Positions 8,726-17,872 of a stretch of DNA of 64,000 nucleotides are shown piece after piece. The translations under genes and the position numbers were made by a program. The notes beneath the pieces were generated by a model. It had not been told where the DNA came from. It did no database searches and saw only the letters and a program-made list of their open reading frames with translations. Numbering within the stretch: position 1 is the first letter of the stretch; each line of letters starts with the position of its first letter. The stretch covers positions 5,307 to 69,306 of the forward strand of contig JBAZFK010000004.1 of NCBI GenBank assembly GCA_041653395.1, in the 5' to 3' direction. This stretch comes from Candidatus Nanoarchaeia archaeon (GTDB lineage Archaea; Nanobdellota; Nanobdellia; Tiddalikarchaeales; Tiddalikarchaeaceae).

Positions 8726-9725
8726 GGCTTAAAAACTCTAATAATTCTTTACTCTCAGTCTTTATTTCAGAATTTATTGGAAAATTTCTGTAAATATTAT
8801 CAAATTCCATTCTCATTTTACCTTTTTCATTTAATACTTCAGTTAAACCATTAACTTTTCCAATCCACTCTTTAGAGGCATTAGCTTGAATAAAATATTT
8901 TTTATTAGTTTCAAAAAGAGTATTTACCTCTTTTGCACTTAACTCACTGTAAACTGTTTGACCAGGCATATCAAACTCAATGAACTTATTTTCCAATTCA
9001 TTAAATCCGTACTTTTTGCTCTGAATATCAAATAGTCCTGTTTTATTATCCTGTATTACAAAAGCCCTATTGTAGCCTTCGCCGTCATAAAATGACAAAT
9101 TCTTTCCAGGCACTAATTTTACATTAGAAGTGATCATTACAGGAAACATCAGCTCTAAAGTCTTGTTTGAAGGCTCAGAAGTGTAAAGAATATTTTCTGC
9201 CAATTTTTCTCCATCAACTGACAATGAATACATTTCAGGATGTCCAAAAATGCTGGCCTTAACTTTCCTTTCACCGTTAACTTTTGGAGCGTGCTCAAAA
9301 TCAGTCTTTGCCATTATTTTGTCATATTCCTTAAAGATTATATTAGAAATAACTTCATTATACTCTTCAAATTCTCCCTTAAATTCAGGTATTAAAAGTT
9401 CAAGACCTTTGCTTTTGCTCTTGTAAACCATCAATGCTTCTCCAAAGCCTTCTTCAAACGCCTGTGTTATAACTTGTTTTGCTGGAACTTTTTCGTCTTC
9501 ATATTCCATTACTCCAAAAGAGCCTCCGTCAAGGCAGCCAAGCTTTGCAATTTTGTAAAAATCCATTCCCCTATACATGAATATTGAATGCGTATTACCA
9601 AGGTACATCATTGTTCCAAGGCCAATATTGTACTGATTAAAATTTTCATCAGTTTTAGTGGTAAGATTTTTTAAATTCACCCCTTTTTTATTTAATTCAT
9701 ATTCAGCTTTTACTCTGCTTTTCAT
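8715..9725 (-). CDS. Hypothetical protein (336 aa) with no recognisable motif
   Basis: Long uninterrupted ORF lying between the two PGM paralogs. Its composition is consistent with the neighbouring genes. Confidence 0.4.
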   Translation of the reverse strand: MKSRVKAEYELNKKGVNLKNLTTKTDENFNQYNIGLGTMMYLGNTHSIFMYRGMDFYKIAKLGCLDGGSFGVMEYEDEKVPAKQVITQAFEEGFGEALMVYKSKSKGLELLIPEFKGEFEEYNEVISNIIFKEYDKIMAKTDFEHAPKVNGERKVKASIFGHPEMYSLSVDGEKLAENILYTSEPSNKTLELMFPVMITSNVKLVPGKNLSFYDGEGYNRAFVIQDNKTGLFDIQSKKYGFNELENKFIEFDMPGQTVYSELSAKEVNTLFETNKKYFIQANASKEWIGKVNGLTEVLNEKGKMRMEFDNIYRNFPINSEIKTESKELLEFLSLNR

Positions 9726-9808
9726 AAAAATTAATTAAATAAATCTATTTAATAATGTTTTTATAATCAATCGGGCTTTTTTTAAATAACAAATTTCAAA
9801 AATATGAT

Positions 9809-11158
9809 ATGAACAATCCTTTTAAAGCCTATGATGTAAGAGGAGTATTTAACAAAGAATTTTTTGCAGAGGATTTTTTCAAAATAGCCCTAGCATATTC
9901 TGACCTAATTAAACAGAAATCTTGCATAGCTTATGATTCAAGAACCTCATCACCAATACTAAAAGAGTCATTTATCAACGGTTTTATCTCAGGAGGAAAC
10001 GATATAATTGACTTAGGAATGCTTCCAATACCAGTATCAAACTATTATGCCCTAAACCATAAAATAGAATGCGTGATGATTACTGGAAGCCACACCCCGA
10101 AAGAATACAACGGCATAAAATTCTTTGATAAAAGAGGGGTAGTCTACAATGACAGATTAAAAACAATAGAAAAAAAATACTTGGAAAGCGACTTTAAAAG
10201 GTCAAACTTTGAGGAGTTAGGCAAAAAATCTGAGGATAATAATGCAATAAAAGAATACATTGAAAACATTACATCAAAAATAAAGCTCGAAAAAAACTTG
10301 AAAATAGTGCTAGACCACGGCAACGGAACAAGTGGATTAGTTGCTCCAGAGTTAATGAAAGAGCTAGGATGTAAAATCATAAACATCAGCCTAGAGCCTG
10401 ACGGGTTATTTCCTAACAGGGAGCCAGAGCCAACAGCCAATAATCTGAGCTTTCTGCAAAAAAGAATAATAGAAGAAAAAGCAGATTTTGGATGCGCATT
10501 TGACGGAGACGCAGACAGAAGTGTATTCGTTGATGATATGGGCAGAGTGATTGACGGAAGCAAAATGACAGCAATTTTTGCAAAGCACTATTTGGATAAA
10601 AACAAGAATGCTTACATTGTTGCAAGCATTGACATGAGTAGTGTTGTAAAAAAAGTAGTGGAAGACAACAATGGAATAATAGTCTGGTGCCCAGTTGGCA
10701 TGAAAAATATAGAAAAAGGATTGGTTGACAACAAAGGAATGATGGCAGGGGAAGTAAGTAGCCATTTTTATTTAAATGATTTTTACCCCTTCAGCGACGG
10801 AATACTCGCATGCGCGAAAATGGCACAACTCTTAAGCCAAAATAAAAAAAGTTTTTCAGAACTCATTAATGAACTGCCAGAGTATTCAATAAAGCACTCA
10901 AAATACTCATGCAGTAATCATGAAAAAAAGTTTGAAATCTTTGAAAAAATAAAAAAAGAACTAATAAAAAACTACAAAATAAATGATTGCGACGGCATAA
11001 AATTCTTTATAAACCAAACAGACTGGGTTTTAATCAGGCCAAGCAACACTGAACCCTTGATAAGGCTGACAATTGAAGCATCAAAGCAAAAAGAATTAGA
11101 AAAGTTGTTCAATTACTTTGAAGCTTTAATAAAGAAATTTATAAACAATGAGAAATAG
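9809..11158 (+). CDS. Phosphoglucomutase/phosphomannomutase. Paralog of 7394-8725.
   Basis: The catalytic loop is TGSHTPKEYNGIK. The metal-binding loop is FDGDADR. Length is 449 aa. Confidence 0.8.
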   Translation: MNNPFKAYDVRGVFNKEFFAEDFFKIALAYSDLIKQKSCIAYDSRTSSPILKESFINGFISGGNDIIDLGMLPIPVSNYYALNHKIECVMITGSHTPKEYNGIKFFDKRGVVYNDRLKTIEKKYLESDFKRSNFEELGKKSEDNNAIKEYIENITSKIKLEKNLKIVLDHGNGTSGLVAPELMKELGCKIINISLEPDGLFPNREPEPTANNLSFLQKRIIEEKADFGCAFDGDADRSVFVDDMGRVIDGSKMTAIFAKHYLDKNKNAYIVASIDMSSVVKKVVEDNNGIIVWCPVGMKNIEKGLVDNKGMMAGEVSSHFYLNDFYPFSDGILACAKMAQLLSQNKKSFSELINELPEYSIKHSKYSCSNHEKKFEIFEKIKKELIKNYKINDCDGIKFFINQTDWVLIRPSNTEPLIRLTIEASKQKELEKLFNYFEALIKKFINNEK

Positions 11159-11168
11159 TGATAGAATA

Positions 11169-12416
11169 ATGAAAGCAGTAATATTAGCAGGAGGTTACGG
11201 CAAAAGGCTGCAGCCGCTAACATTAAGGACCCCGAAAGGAATACTTCCAGTTGCTGACTCAACAATAATAGAGATGACTTTAAAAGAACTGGAGAAGCTA
11301 AAGATTGAAAAGGTAATACTGTCGCTTAACAAGAACCAGTCAAAAGTGAAGGACTTGCTTGACGAAAGATACAAAGGAATAAAGATAGAATACATTTTTG
11401 AAGAATCAAAAAAAGATTCGGATAAGTTAGGAGCAATAGGTGCCCTAGCATTCATTATTAAAAAATTCGGCCAAGATGACTACATAATATTAGGCTCAGA
11501 TAACTACATTAAAGGGTTAGATTACCAAAAAATGCTCGAGCAGCATAAGGAAAAAAAATCAGAGGCAACAATAGCATTATATGAATTAAGCGACATGTCA
11601 AAAGTGTCATATTACGGAATCGCAGTGCTAAACCAGGATAAAGCTATAACAAGATTCCAGGAAAAGCCAAAAGTTGAGGAGGCGAATTCAAAACTAGCGT
11701 CAACATTTAATTACCTAATAACGAAGAATTTCAGCAAAAAAATCTTGGACTATGTTGCAATGAAATTAAAAGAAGGGAAAAAACCAGACAATGTCGGGGA
11801 TTTATGGGAATATTACTTAGAAAACTCAAAAATTCACGGCTTCGAATTCAGCGGAGAATGGGGAGATTTAGGAAAGCCTTTGCCATATATTGAAATAAAC
11901 CATAAGGCATTAAACATAATAAAAAGGGATATAAGCAGGGAATCAGAGTACGGCTCAAATGTGAAAATATCAGGCAATGTCATAATAAAAAAAGGATGCA
12001 AAATAAAAGACAACACAATAATAATAGGGCCATGCTTTATAGATGAAAATGTGACAATAGGAGAAAACTCAATGGTAGGGCCTTACACAACAATACTTCA
12101 TGACACATTAATAGGCAAAGACAACTTCATAAACGGCTCAATACTTTTTGAAAAAATCAAGACCAAAGAGAACGTGAAAATAACCAGAGCATTAATAGAC
12201 GGAGGCTGTGAAATACAGGAAAACAACAAAATTGAGGAGCAAGCAACAATAGGCTACTCCTGCACAATAGAAAAAGACTCCCAAATATTATACAACACTA
12301 AACTCTGGCCTTTTTTGACAATAGGCAATAACTCAACAATAAACGGAACAATCAATTACGAATTAGATTATATTAAATTTGAGCCAAGAATAAAGAACTC
12401 AAAATACTGGAAGTAA
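11169..12416 (+). CDS. Bifunctional-type sugar-1-phosphate nucleotidyltransferase with a C-terminal left-handed beta-helix (GlmU-like / ST0452-like)
   Basis: The N-terminus is MKAVILAGGYGKRLQPLTLRTPKGILPV. The C-terminal third shows hexapeptide-repeat periodicity (IGENSMVGPYTTILHDTLIGKDNFINGSILF...). Start chosen at the second Met, because the track's Met at 11148 overlaps the upstream gene. Confidence 0.7.
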   Translation: MKAVILAGGYGKRLQPLTLRTPKGILPVADSTIIEMTLKELEKLKIEKVILSLNKNQSKVKDLLDERYKGIKIEYIFEESKKDSDKLGAIGALAFIIKKFGQDDYIILGSDNYIKGLDYQKMLEQHKEKKSEATIALYELSDMSKVSYYGIAVLNQDKAITRFQEKPKVEEANSKLASTFNYLITKNFSKKILDYVAMKLKEGKKPDNVGDLWEYYLENSKIHGFEFSGEWGDLGKPLPYIEINHKALNIIKRDISRESEYGSNVKISGNVIIKKGCKIKDNTIIIGPCFIDENVTIGENSMVGPYTTILHDTLIGKDNFINGSILFEKIKTKENVKITRALIDGGCEIQENNKIEEQATIGYSCTIEKDSQILYNTKLWPFLTIGNNSTINGTINYELDYIKFEPRIKNSKYWK

Positions 12417-12451
12417 GATTTTTTAATCTATTAAATATTAATCTTAATATC

Positions 12452-12847
12452 ATGTTTGAGAAACTGCCAAAAAAATTCATCAAATATTTCTTAGTAGGAG
12501 GGCTGGCCTTCATAATGGATTACTTATTAAGCATGTTTTTTTTCATGTTTTTGTCATTCACGGAAGTTTTGTCAAACACAATGTCAGTATTCATAGTGTC
12601 AGTGATGAAGTTTTTCATGAACAAGAAATTCACCTTTAAAAATACAAGCAAAAAGGCAAAAGAGCAATTAATGATGTCTTTTGTTGTCATGGGATTTTAC
12701 ATTGTTTTTACAAGCACTTTAGTCTACTTATTTTCAAACATTTTAGGTATAGAATTTTACATAACAAAAGTGCTAGTTGTAGCTTTAGGAGTATCATTTA
12801 ATTATTACATGGACAAGAATTTAACCTTCAACAAGAGGTTTGACTAA
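12452..12847 (+). CDS. GtrA-family small membrane protein (associated with polysaccharide synthesis/flippase)
   Basis: 131 aa with 4 predicted TM helices. The N-terminus FIKYFLVGGLAFIMDYLL is typical of GtrA. Confidence 0.65.
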   Translation: MFEKLPKKFIKYFLVGGLAFIMDYLLSMFFFMFLSFTEVLSNTMSVFIVSVMKFFMNKKFTFKNTSKKAKEQLMMSFVVMGFYIVFTSTLVYLFSNILGIEFYITKVLVVALGVSFNYYMDKNLTFNKRFD

Positions 12848-13642
12848 ATGAACTTAAAAGAATTAATGAAGAATGACTTAACTATTCAAGAATTAAGTTT
12901 GCTTAAAAGAAGCTTTGACCAAATAGGCAGCATAGCGCAGTTAGAGATTCCAAAAGAGCTAGAATCTAAGGAGAAATTAATTTCTGAAAAAATAATTGAA
13001 ACCTACAAAAATATAAAAACTGTTGTAAAAAAAGAGGATATAACTTTAGGAGAATACAGAATCAGGCCAGTGAAACTCTTGGCAGGCGAAAAAACTACAA
13101 CAACTTTACACAAGGAAAATGGCATCTTAATGAGCCTGGATTTAAACAAAGTATTTTTCACCCCAAGATTATCAGGAGAAAGGCTGAGAGTGTTAAGTTT
13201 AATTAAAAAGAATGATTTTGTTGCTGACTTATTCTGTGGAGTGGGGCCTTATGCAATACTGATTGCCAAATTCTCAAAAGCCAAAAAAGTCTTAGCCAAT
13301 GACCTAAACCCTGATGCCTACAAATACTTAACTGAAAATGCCAAGAAAAACAAGGTAACAATGGAGTGCTATAATAAGGATGCAAGAAATTTTCATAACT
13401 TGAATGCGGACAAAGTAATAATGAACATACCAAAATTCTCAGAATCCTTCCTAAAAACAGCATTTGACAACTGCAAAATAGGGGGAAGAGTGTTTTATTA
13501 CTGCTTTGCAAATGACAAAGAATTAAATGAAAGGATAAAAGAAATAAAGAAAGCAGGCAAAGCCAGAATCTTAAAAAAAACGAAATGCGGCGATATTGGT
13601 CCAGGAACTTACAGATGGTGCATTGATTTTAAAAAACTTTGA
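12848..13642 (+). CDS. Trm5/Taw2-family class I methyltransferase (tRNA m1G37 / wyosine pathway)
   Basis: VFFTPRLSGER corresponds to the Trm5 FSPRL..ER motif. DLFCGVGPYAI is the SAM motif I and NDLNP is the catalytic NPPY-like loop. Confidence 0.65.
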   Translation: MNLKELMKNDLTIQELSLLKRSFDQIGSIAQLEIPKELESKEKLISEKIIETYKNIKTVVKKEDITLGEYRIRPVKLLAGEKTTTTLHKENGILMSLDLNKVFFTPRLSGERLRVLSLIKKNDFVADLFCGVGPYAILIAKFSKAKKVLANDLNPDAYKYLTENAKKNKVTMECYNKDARNFHNLNADKVIMNIPKFSESFLKTAFDNCKIGGRVFYYCFANDKELNERIKEIKKAGKARILKKTKCGDIGPGTYRWCIDFKKL

Positions 13643-15298
13643 TTAATCTTTTTTATATATCTTTGCAAGAGGCGCGCCCATAGCTTTTATTTCATACAAT
13701 AATGAATAGCCGCTTTCTTCAATTTTTTGGGTAGTAATATTAGGTGTAATATTATTACTCCAGTCATAAGCTATTTCTCCAGAGTAGCATAAAACATTCA
13801 TTAAAACATAATCTCCTGATAAATTAGTTGAGGGATAAACTAATTTTAAATCACTCCTTAAAGGATAATAAGAGGGATTTGGCATAAGAAATAATTGGAC
13901 TGATGAATTTTGCTCAGCTATTTTATTAACATATTCAACTGCTTCACCAACACCTTCCCCCCAAATACCAACTTTCAAATAATTAATAGCATAAGCTCCA
14001 ACAGAGAATCCTGTTAATTCATTATAATAACTTAAATAAAAAGGATGAATAAAGAATACATTCAGCAACATGTAAATAATTAAGGGAATGTAAATTTTTT
14101 TGCTTAAATAACTAGCACCTATACCTGCCATTAGTGACAATGGGATGATTGTAACAAGTATATATCTAAAAATATTCGTGTTCAAAAATGAAATAAAAGG
14201 CAATAATAACCATAATAACAATATTTTTTCTCTTTTTTTAATAACTGAATAAATTGCCAATAATATTAATAGCAAGGGAGTTTTTGTAAAAAAATTAATC
14301 ATTAATTCTATTGACCACATGAAACTAAAACCACTTCTTCTGTTAGTATTGCTTAATGTTTTCATTAAATTATTAACCAAATCATGCCATAAATAAGGCC
14401 ATATAATAATTAATGTCAATAAAGCTATTGTTAAAAGAATAAAACAATACTTAAAAAAATCCAAAAAAAATCCAATATTTACTTGTTTTTCTTTAAAATT
14501 TATTAAATATTTTTTATTTGAATTTAAAGATAGCATTGCACTTAATAGGGGTATGACAAATATTCCATTCATTCTAGTAGATATTGCCAATCCACATAAT
14601 ATTCCTATCAATATAATATTTTTTTTATTCATCCTTAAATATCCATATATTGCCAAAGTAAAAAACAAAAGATAAGAACTTTCAAGGGTTGATAGTTTAG
14701 TGTAAGCTATGAATGTTGGAGAAAAAGAAAGTAGCAACGCAGAGATTATTCCAGCCTTATTTGAATGAATTTTTTTGCCTATCAAAAAAACAATTATGCA
14801 GGTAATGCTCCCAAGAATCGCGCTCATAGTTCTTGACCAATAAATAAGGTTTAAGTAACTACTATTTTGGGTGATTTTTTTACAAATAATACTTATCAAG
14901 CCATAAAAATATTTCCCTAAAGGGGGATGGTCATAATAAACAATATTACTATCAGTCCATACATCACTATCATAGTCTATATTAAGCAATGCTGTAACTT
15001 GCTGGATTCCAGAATACATATTTGCATGCTCATCCCAAGTAACATAAGGTTTTTCTAGATTTATAATCCTTAAAATAATTGATAAAACGAATATTAATGC
15101 AATAAAAAACAAAGTATAATCCTTTTTTTTTGCTATTTTTTTTGCTATATAATAATAAGTATTATTGTCAATTTCTTTTTTTTCAACATTATTCAATTTT
15201 TTCATTACTTTTTTTATTTTGTCTTTATTAATATCCAACTCTTTGGACAACTCAGATAAAGTGTATTCTCCTTTCTCTAATAATTCCTTTAATTCCAT
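13643..15298 (-). CDS. GT39/GT83-like (PMT/ArnT-type) polytopic membrane glycosyltransferase with an N-terminal cytoplasmic HTH-like segment
   Basis: About 12 TM helices. A DE-containing first loop (WDEHANMYSG) resembles the PMT/ArnT catalytic loop. The first ~60 residues (YTLSELSKELDINKDKIKKVMKKL) look like a helix-turn-helix. Confidence 0.55.
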   Translation of the reverse strand: MELKELLEKGEYTLSELSKELDINKDKIKKVMKKLNNVEKKEIDNNTYYYIAKKIAKKKDYTLFFIALIFVLSIILRIINLEKPYVTWDEHANMYSGIQQVTALLNIDYDSDVWTDSNIVYYDHPPLGKYFYGLISIICKKITQNSSYLNLIYWSRTMSAILGSITCIIVFLIGKKIHSNKAGIISALLLSFSPTFIAYTKLSTLESSYLLFFTLAIYGYLRMNKKNIILIGILCGLAISTRMNGIFVIPLLSAMLSLNSNKKYLINFKEKQVNIGFFLDFFKYCFILLTIALLTLIIIWPYLWHDLVNNLMKTLSNTNRRSGFSFMWSIELMINFFTKTPLLLILLAIYSVIKKREKILLLWLLLPFISFLNTNIFRYILVTIIPLSLMAGIGASYLSKKIYIPLIIYMLLNVFFIHPFYLSYYNELTGFSVGAYAINYLKVGIWGEGVGEAVEYVNKIAEQNSSVQLFLMPNPSYYPLRSDLKLVYPSTNLSGDYVLMNVLCYSGEIAYDWSNNITPNITTQKIEESGYSLLYEIKAMGAPLAKIYKKD

Positions 15299-15377
15299 TA
15301 AATAAAAACTAATTATTAATAATTTTTAAAAGTAATTAAAAAACTATAAAAATGATAGTTAAATATTCTTTATAATA

Positions 15378-16877
15378 ATGGTTAAGACTTCTTTAAGGGT
15401 AAAATTGCTTCACATTGAAACTGGAAGCATTAGTATTGTTGTGCTTAACTCAGAGCAAGCTAAGGATTTGGATTTAAAGCACTTAGACAGGGTTAGGGTT
15501 TATAATCATAAGAAAAGCATTATTTGCAGCGTTGACATTACTAAAATTGCAGTAAAAAAAGGCGAAATAGGCTTGTTTGTAGAGCCAGAATCACAGTTAG
15601 GTTTTAAGGATGGTGAGGAATTATTGATTGAAAGCGTCCCTAAACCCAAAGGATTAAGCGCTATTAGGGAAAAATTAGATGGTAAAGAGTTAAGCAAGGA
15701 AGACTTATATGACATTGTTAAAAACATTGTTGATGATGAATTAAGCGATGTTGAGCTAACTGCTTTCATTACAGCCTCTTATTGCAAAGGGTTAAGTTTT
15801 GAAGAAACTTATAATCTTACAAAGGCAATGGTTGAAACTGGAGAAGTCTTAAACTTCGGCAAAGGTCCAGTTTTTGACAAGCACTCAATTGGAGGCGTTC
15901 CAGGCAACAGGGTGACAATGGTATTGATTCCAATTGTTGCAAGCCAAGGCATAAAAATTCCAAAAACTTCATCAAGAGCAATCACCAGCCCTAGCGGAAC
16001 TGCTGACACTGTTGAAGTATTATGCCCAGTTACTTTATCCAAGGAAAAAATTAAGTCAATAGTTGACAAATTCAATGGCTGCATGGTTTGGGGAGGAAGC
16101 TTTAATTTAGCTCCAGCTGATGACAAAATCATCAAGGTTGAGAAGCCTTTAAGCATTGACGCTGAAGGCCAAATGCTTGCAAGCATTTTGGCAAAAAAAA
16201 TTAGCGTAGGCTCAAATCACATAGTAATAGATTTGCCAATAGGTCCAGGAACTAAGCTTCCGACCCATGAAAAATCAGAGCACTTGACTGAAATGTTCAT
16301 TAATTTAGGCAAGAAATTAGGGGTTAAGATTGAATGCATTGAAAGCAACGGAAGTCAGCCTTGTGGAAACGGGGTAGGTCCAGCCTTAGAAGTCATTGAT
16401 GTTTTGAAAATTTTGACAAATGAGCCTAGCCAGCCAATGGATTTAAGGGAAAAAAGCTTAATGTTTGCTGCTAAAATCTTTGAAATGAGTAGCATTGCAA
16501 GAAAAGGAAAAGGCATAGATTTAGCAAGAAAAGTATTGGAATCAGGAGAGGCTTATGCTCATTTCAAAAAAATCATTAAAGCGCAAGGAGGAAACCCTGA
16601 TGTTAAAATTTCAGACATTAAGGTTGGAAGCTTTGTTTATGAATATAAGACGAATTGTAAAGGAATAATTACAATGATTAATAATAAAGCAATTGCTGAC
16701 ATTGCAAGGGCTGCAGGAGCGCCTTATAATAAAGGAGCAGGAGTGTTCGTAAAGTCCAAATTATCTGATTTAGTCAATGAAAATGACACTTTAATGGTTA
16801 TTCATTCAGAATCAAGGGAGAAACTGCTCAGAGCTATTGAATTGCTAAATGACAAAAAAGTTTTCACAGTTCAATAA
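15378..16877 (+). CDS. deoA: AMP phosphorylase (archaeal thymidine-phosphorylase-family enzyme, type III RuBisCO pathway)
   Basis: HSIGGVPGN...SSRAITSPSGTADTVE matches the TP-family phosphate/nucleoside motifs. The 499-aa length with an N-terminal extension is typical of archaeal AMP phosphorylase. Confidence 0.75.
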   Translation: MVKTSLRVKLLHIETGSISIVVLNSEQAKDLDLKHLDRVRVYNHKKSIICSVDITKIAVKKGEIGLFVEPESQLGFKDGEELLIESVPKPKGLSAIREKLDGKELSKEDLYDIVKNIVDDELSDVELTAFITASYCKGLSFEETYNLTKAMVETGEVLNFGKGPVFDKHSIGGVPGNRVTMVLIPIVASQGIKIPKTSSRAITSPSGTADTVEVLCPVTLSKEKIKSIVDKFNGCMVWGGSFNLAPADDKIIKVEKPLSIDAEGQMLASILAKKISVGSNHIVIDLPIGPGTKLPTHEKSEHLTEMFINLGKKLGVKIECIESNGSQPCGNGVGPALEVIDVLKILTNEPSQPMDLREKSLMFAAKIFEMSSIARKGKGIDLARKVLESGEAYAHFKKIIKAQGGNPDVKISDIKVGSFVYEYKTNCKGIITMINNKAIADIARAAGAPYNKGAGVFVKSKLSDLVNENDTLMVIHSESREKLLRAIELLNDKKVFTVQ

Positions 16878-16917
16878 TAGTAAAGCTTTTAAAATACTCT
16901 TTTAATTAATATTAAAT

Positions 16918-17124
16918 ATGGGCAGAGTTAGAAACACATTCATTAAGAGAAATGCAAGAAAAATACTTGAAAAATATCCTGATGCTGCTGCAAAGACTTT
17001 TGAAGAAAACAAGGCTTCTTTGAAATCAAAAGCTGACTTTGCAAGCAAGAAGATTAGGAATAGGGTTGCAGGTTTTTTTACATTCATTAAAAAGAAAGGG
17101 ATAAGCCTTAAGAAAGTAGAATAA
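16918..17124 (+). CDS. rps17e: 30S ribosomal protein S17e
   Basis: MGRVRNTFIKRNARKILEKYP matches the conserved eS17 N-terminus. Length is 68 aa. Confidence 0.8.
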   Translation: MGRVRNTFIKRNARKILEKYPDAAAKTFEENKASLKSKADFASKKIRNRVAGFFTFIKKKGISLKKVE

Positions 17125-17152
17125 AATCTAATTCTTTCATGATTTTATAACA

Positions 17153-17872
17153 TTATTTCATTTTTATTAATTTTACATAATCTTCAATGATTTTCAGCGA
17201 ATTTTCGCAAAAATCCTCCAAAGAAAGGATTTTTGTATTCTTTTTCATCTCTATGAACTCTTCAGAATTCCTCTTATGGTCTAGCAAGAAATATTCCCTG
17301 GTTCTTAACAGCCTTTGTATGTTGCCATCTAATTTTGTGTATTTGTCAAAATAATCCTCAGAAAGCTTTGCTAATTCGAGCTCGTATTCTAGCGAGATAT
17401 TTTGCATTCTTGACCTGAAATAGATTTGTGTTAAATTCTTTAATAAAACGTTATCGCTATAAATTTTTTTGTCTTTAATGCATATCATTAAATCTTTTGT
17501 TATATATTCATAACCCATAGACTCAGGCTTATCAGTTTCCATACCATTGTCATTTATTTCAAAGCCTATGGATTTTACTTTTGCTAAATAATAAGGCTTT
17601 AATGCTTGCTCAAATGCTGAAATGTTTTTGTCAGGAAGCAATATTATAACATAAGAAGGTTTGTGATTATGCCCTGAGCATGAAGCGAAAGTTTTAATCT
17701 TATAGCAATAGTTTAAAATCCTTAAAAAAGGCATCATTTCCAGATCTATCAATTTATCATTCTTGTTTTTTTCAATATACTTAAAATTTAAGCCTATGTG
17801 TTGGTAGTTAGTTTCCATAACTATAAAAATGGAATTTTTAATGTTTAAATAATTTTCTAACAAATGATCCAA
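17153..17872 (-). CDS. Hypothetical protein (239 aa). Its start codon abuts the leuS stop, suggesting translational coupling.
   Basis: The ORF start at 17872 is adjacent to the leuS stop at 17873-17875. No motif was recognised. Confidence 0.4.
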   Translation of the reverse strand: MDHLLENYLNIKNSIFIVMETNYQHIGLNFKYIEKNKNDKLIDLEMMPFLRILNYCYKIKTFASCSGHNHKPSYVIILLPDKNISAFEQALKPYYLAKVKSIGFEINDNGMETDKPESMGYEYITKDLMICIKDKKIYSDNVLLKNLTQIYFRSRMQNISLEYELELAKLSEDYFDKYTKLDGNIQRLLRTREYFLLDHKRNSEEFIEMKKNTKILSLEDFCENSLKIIEDYVKLIKMK

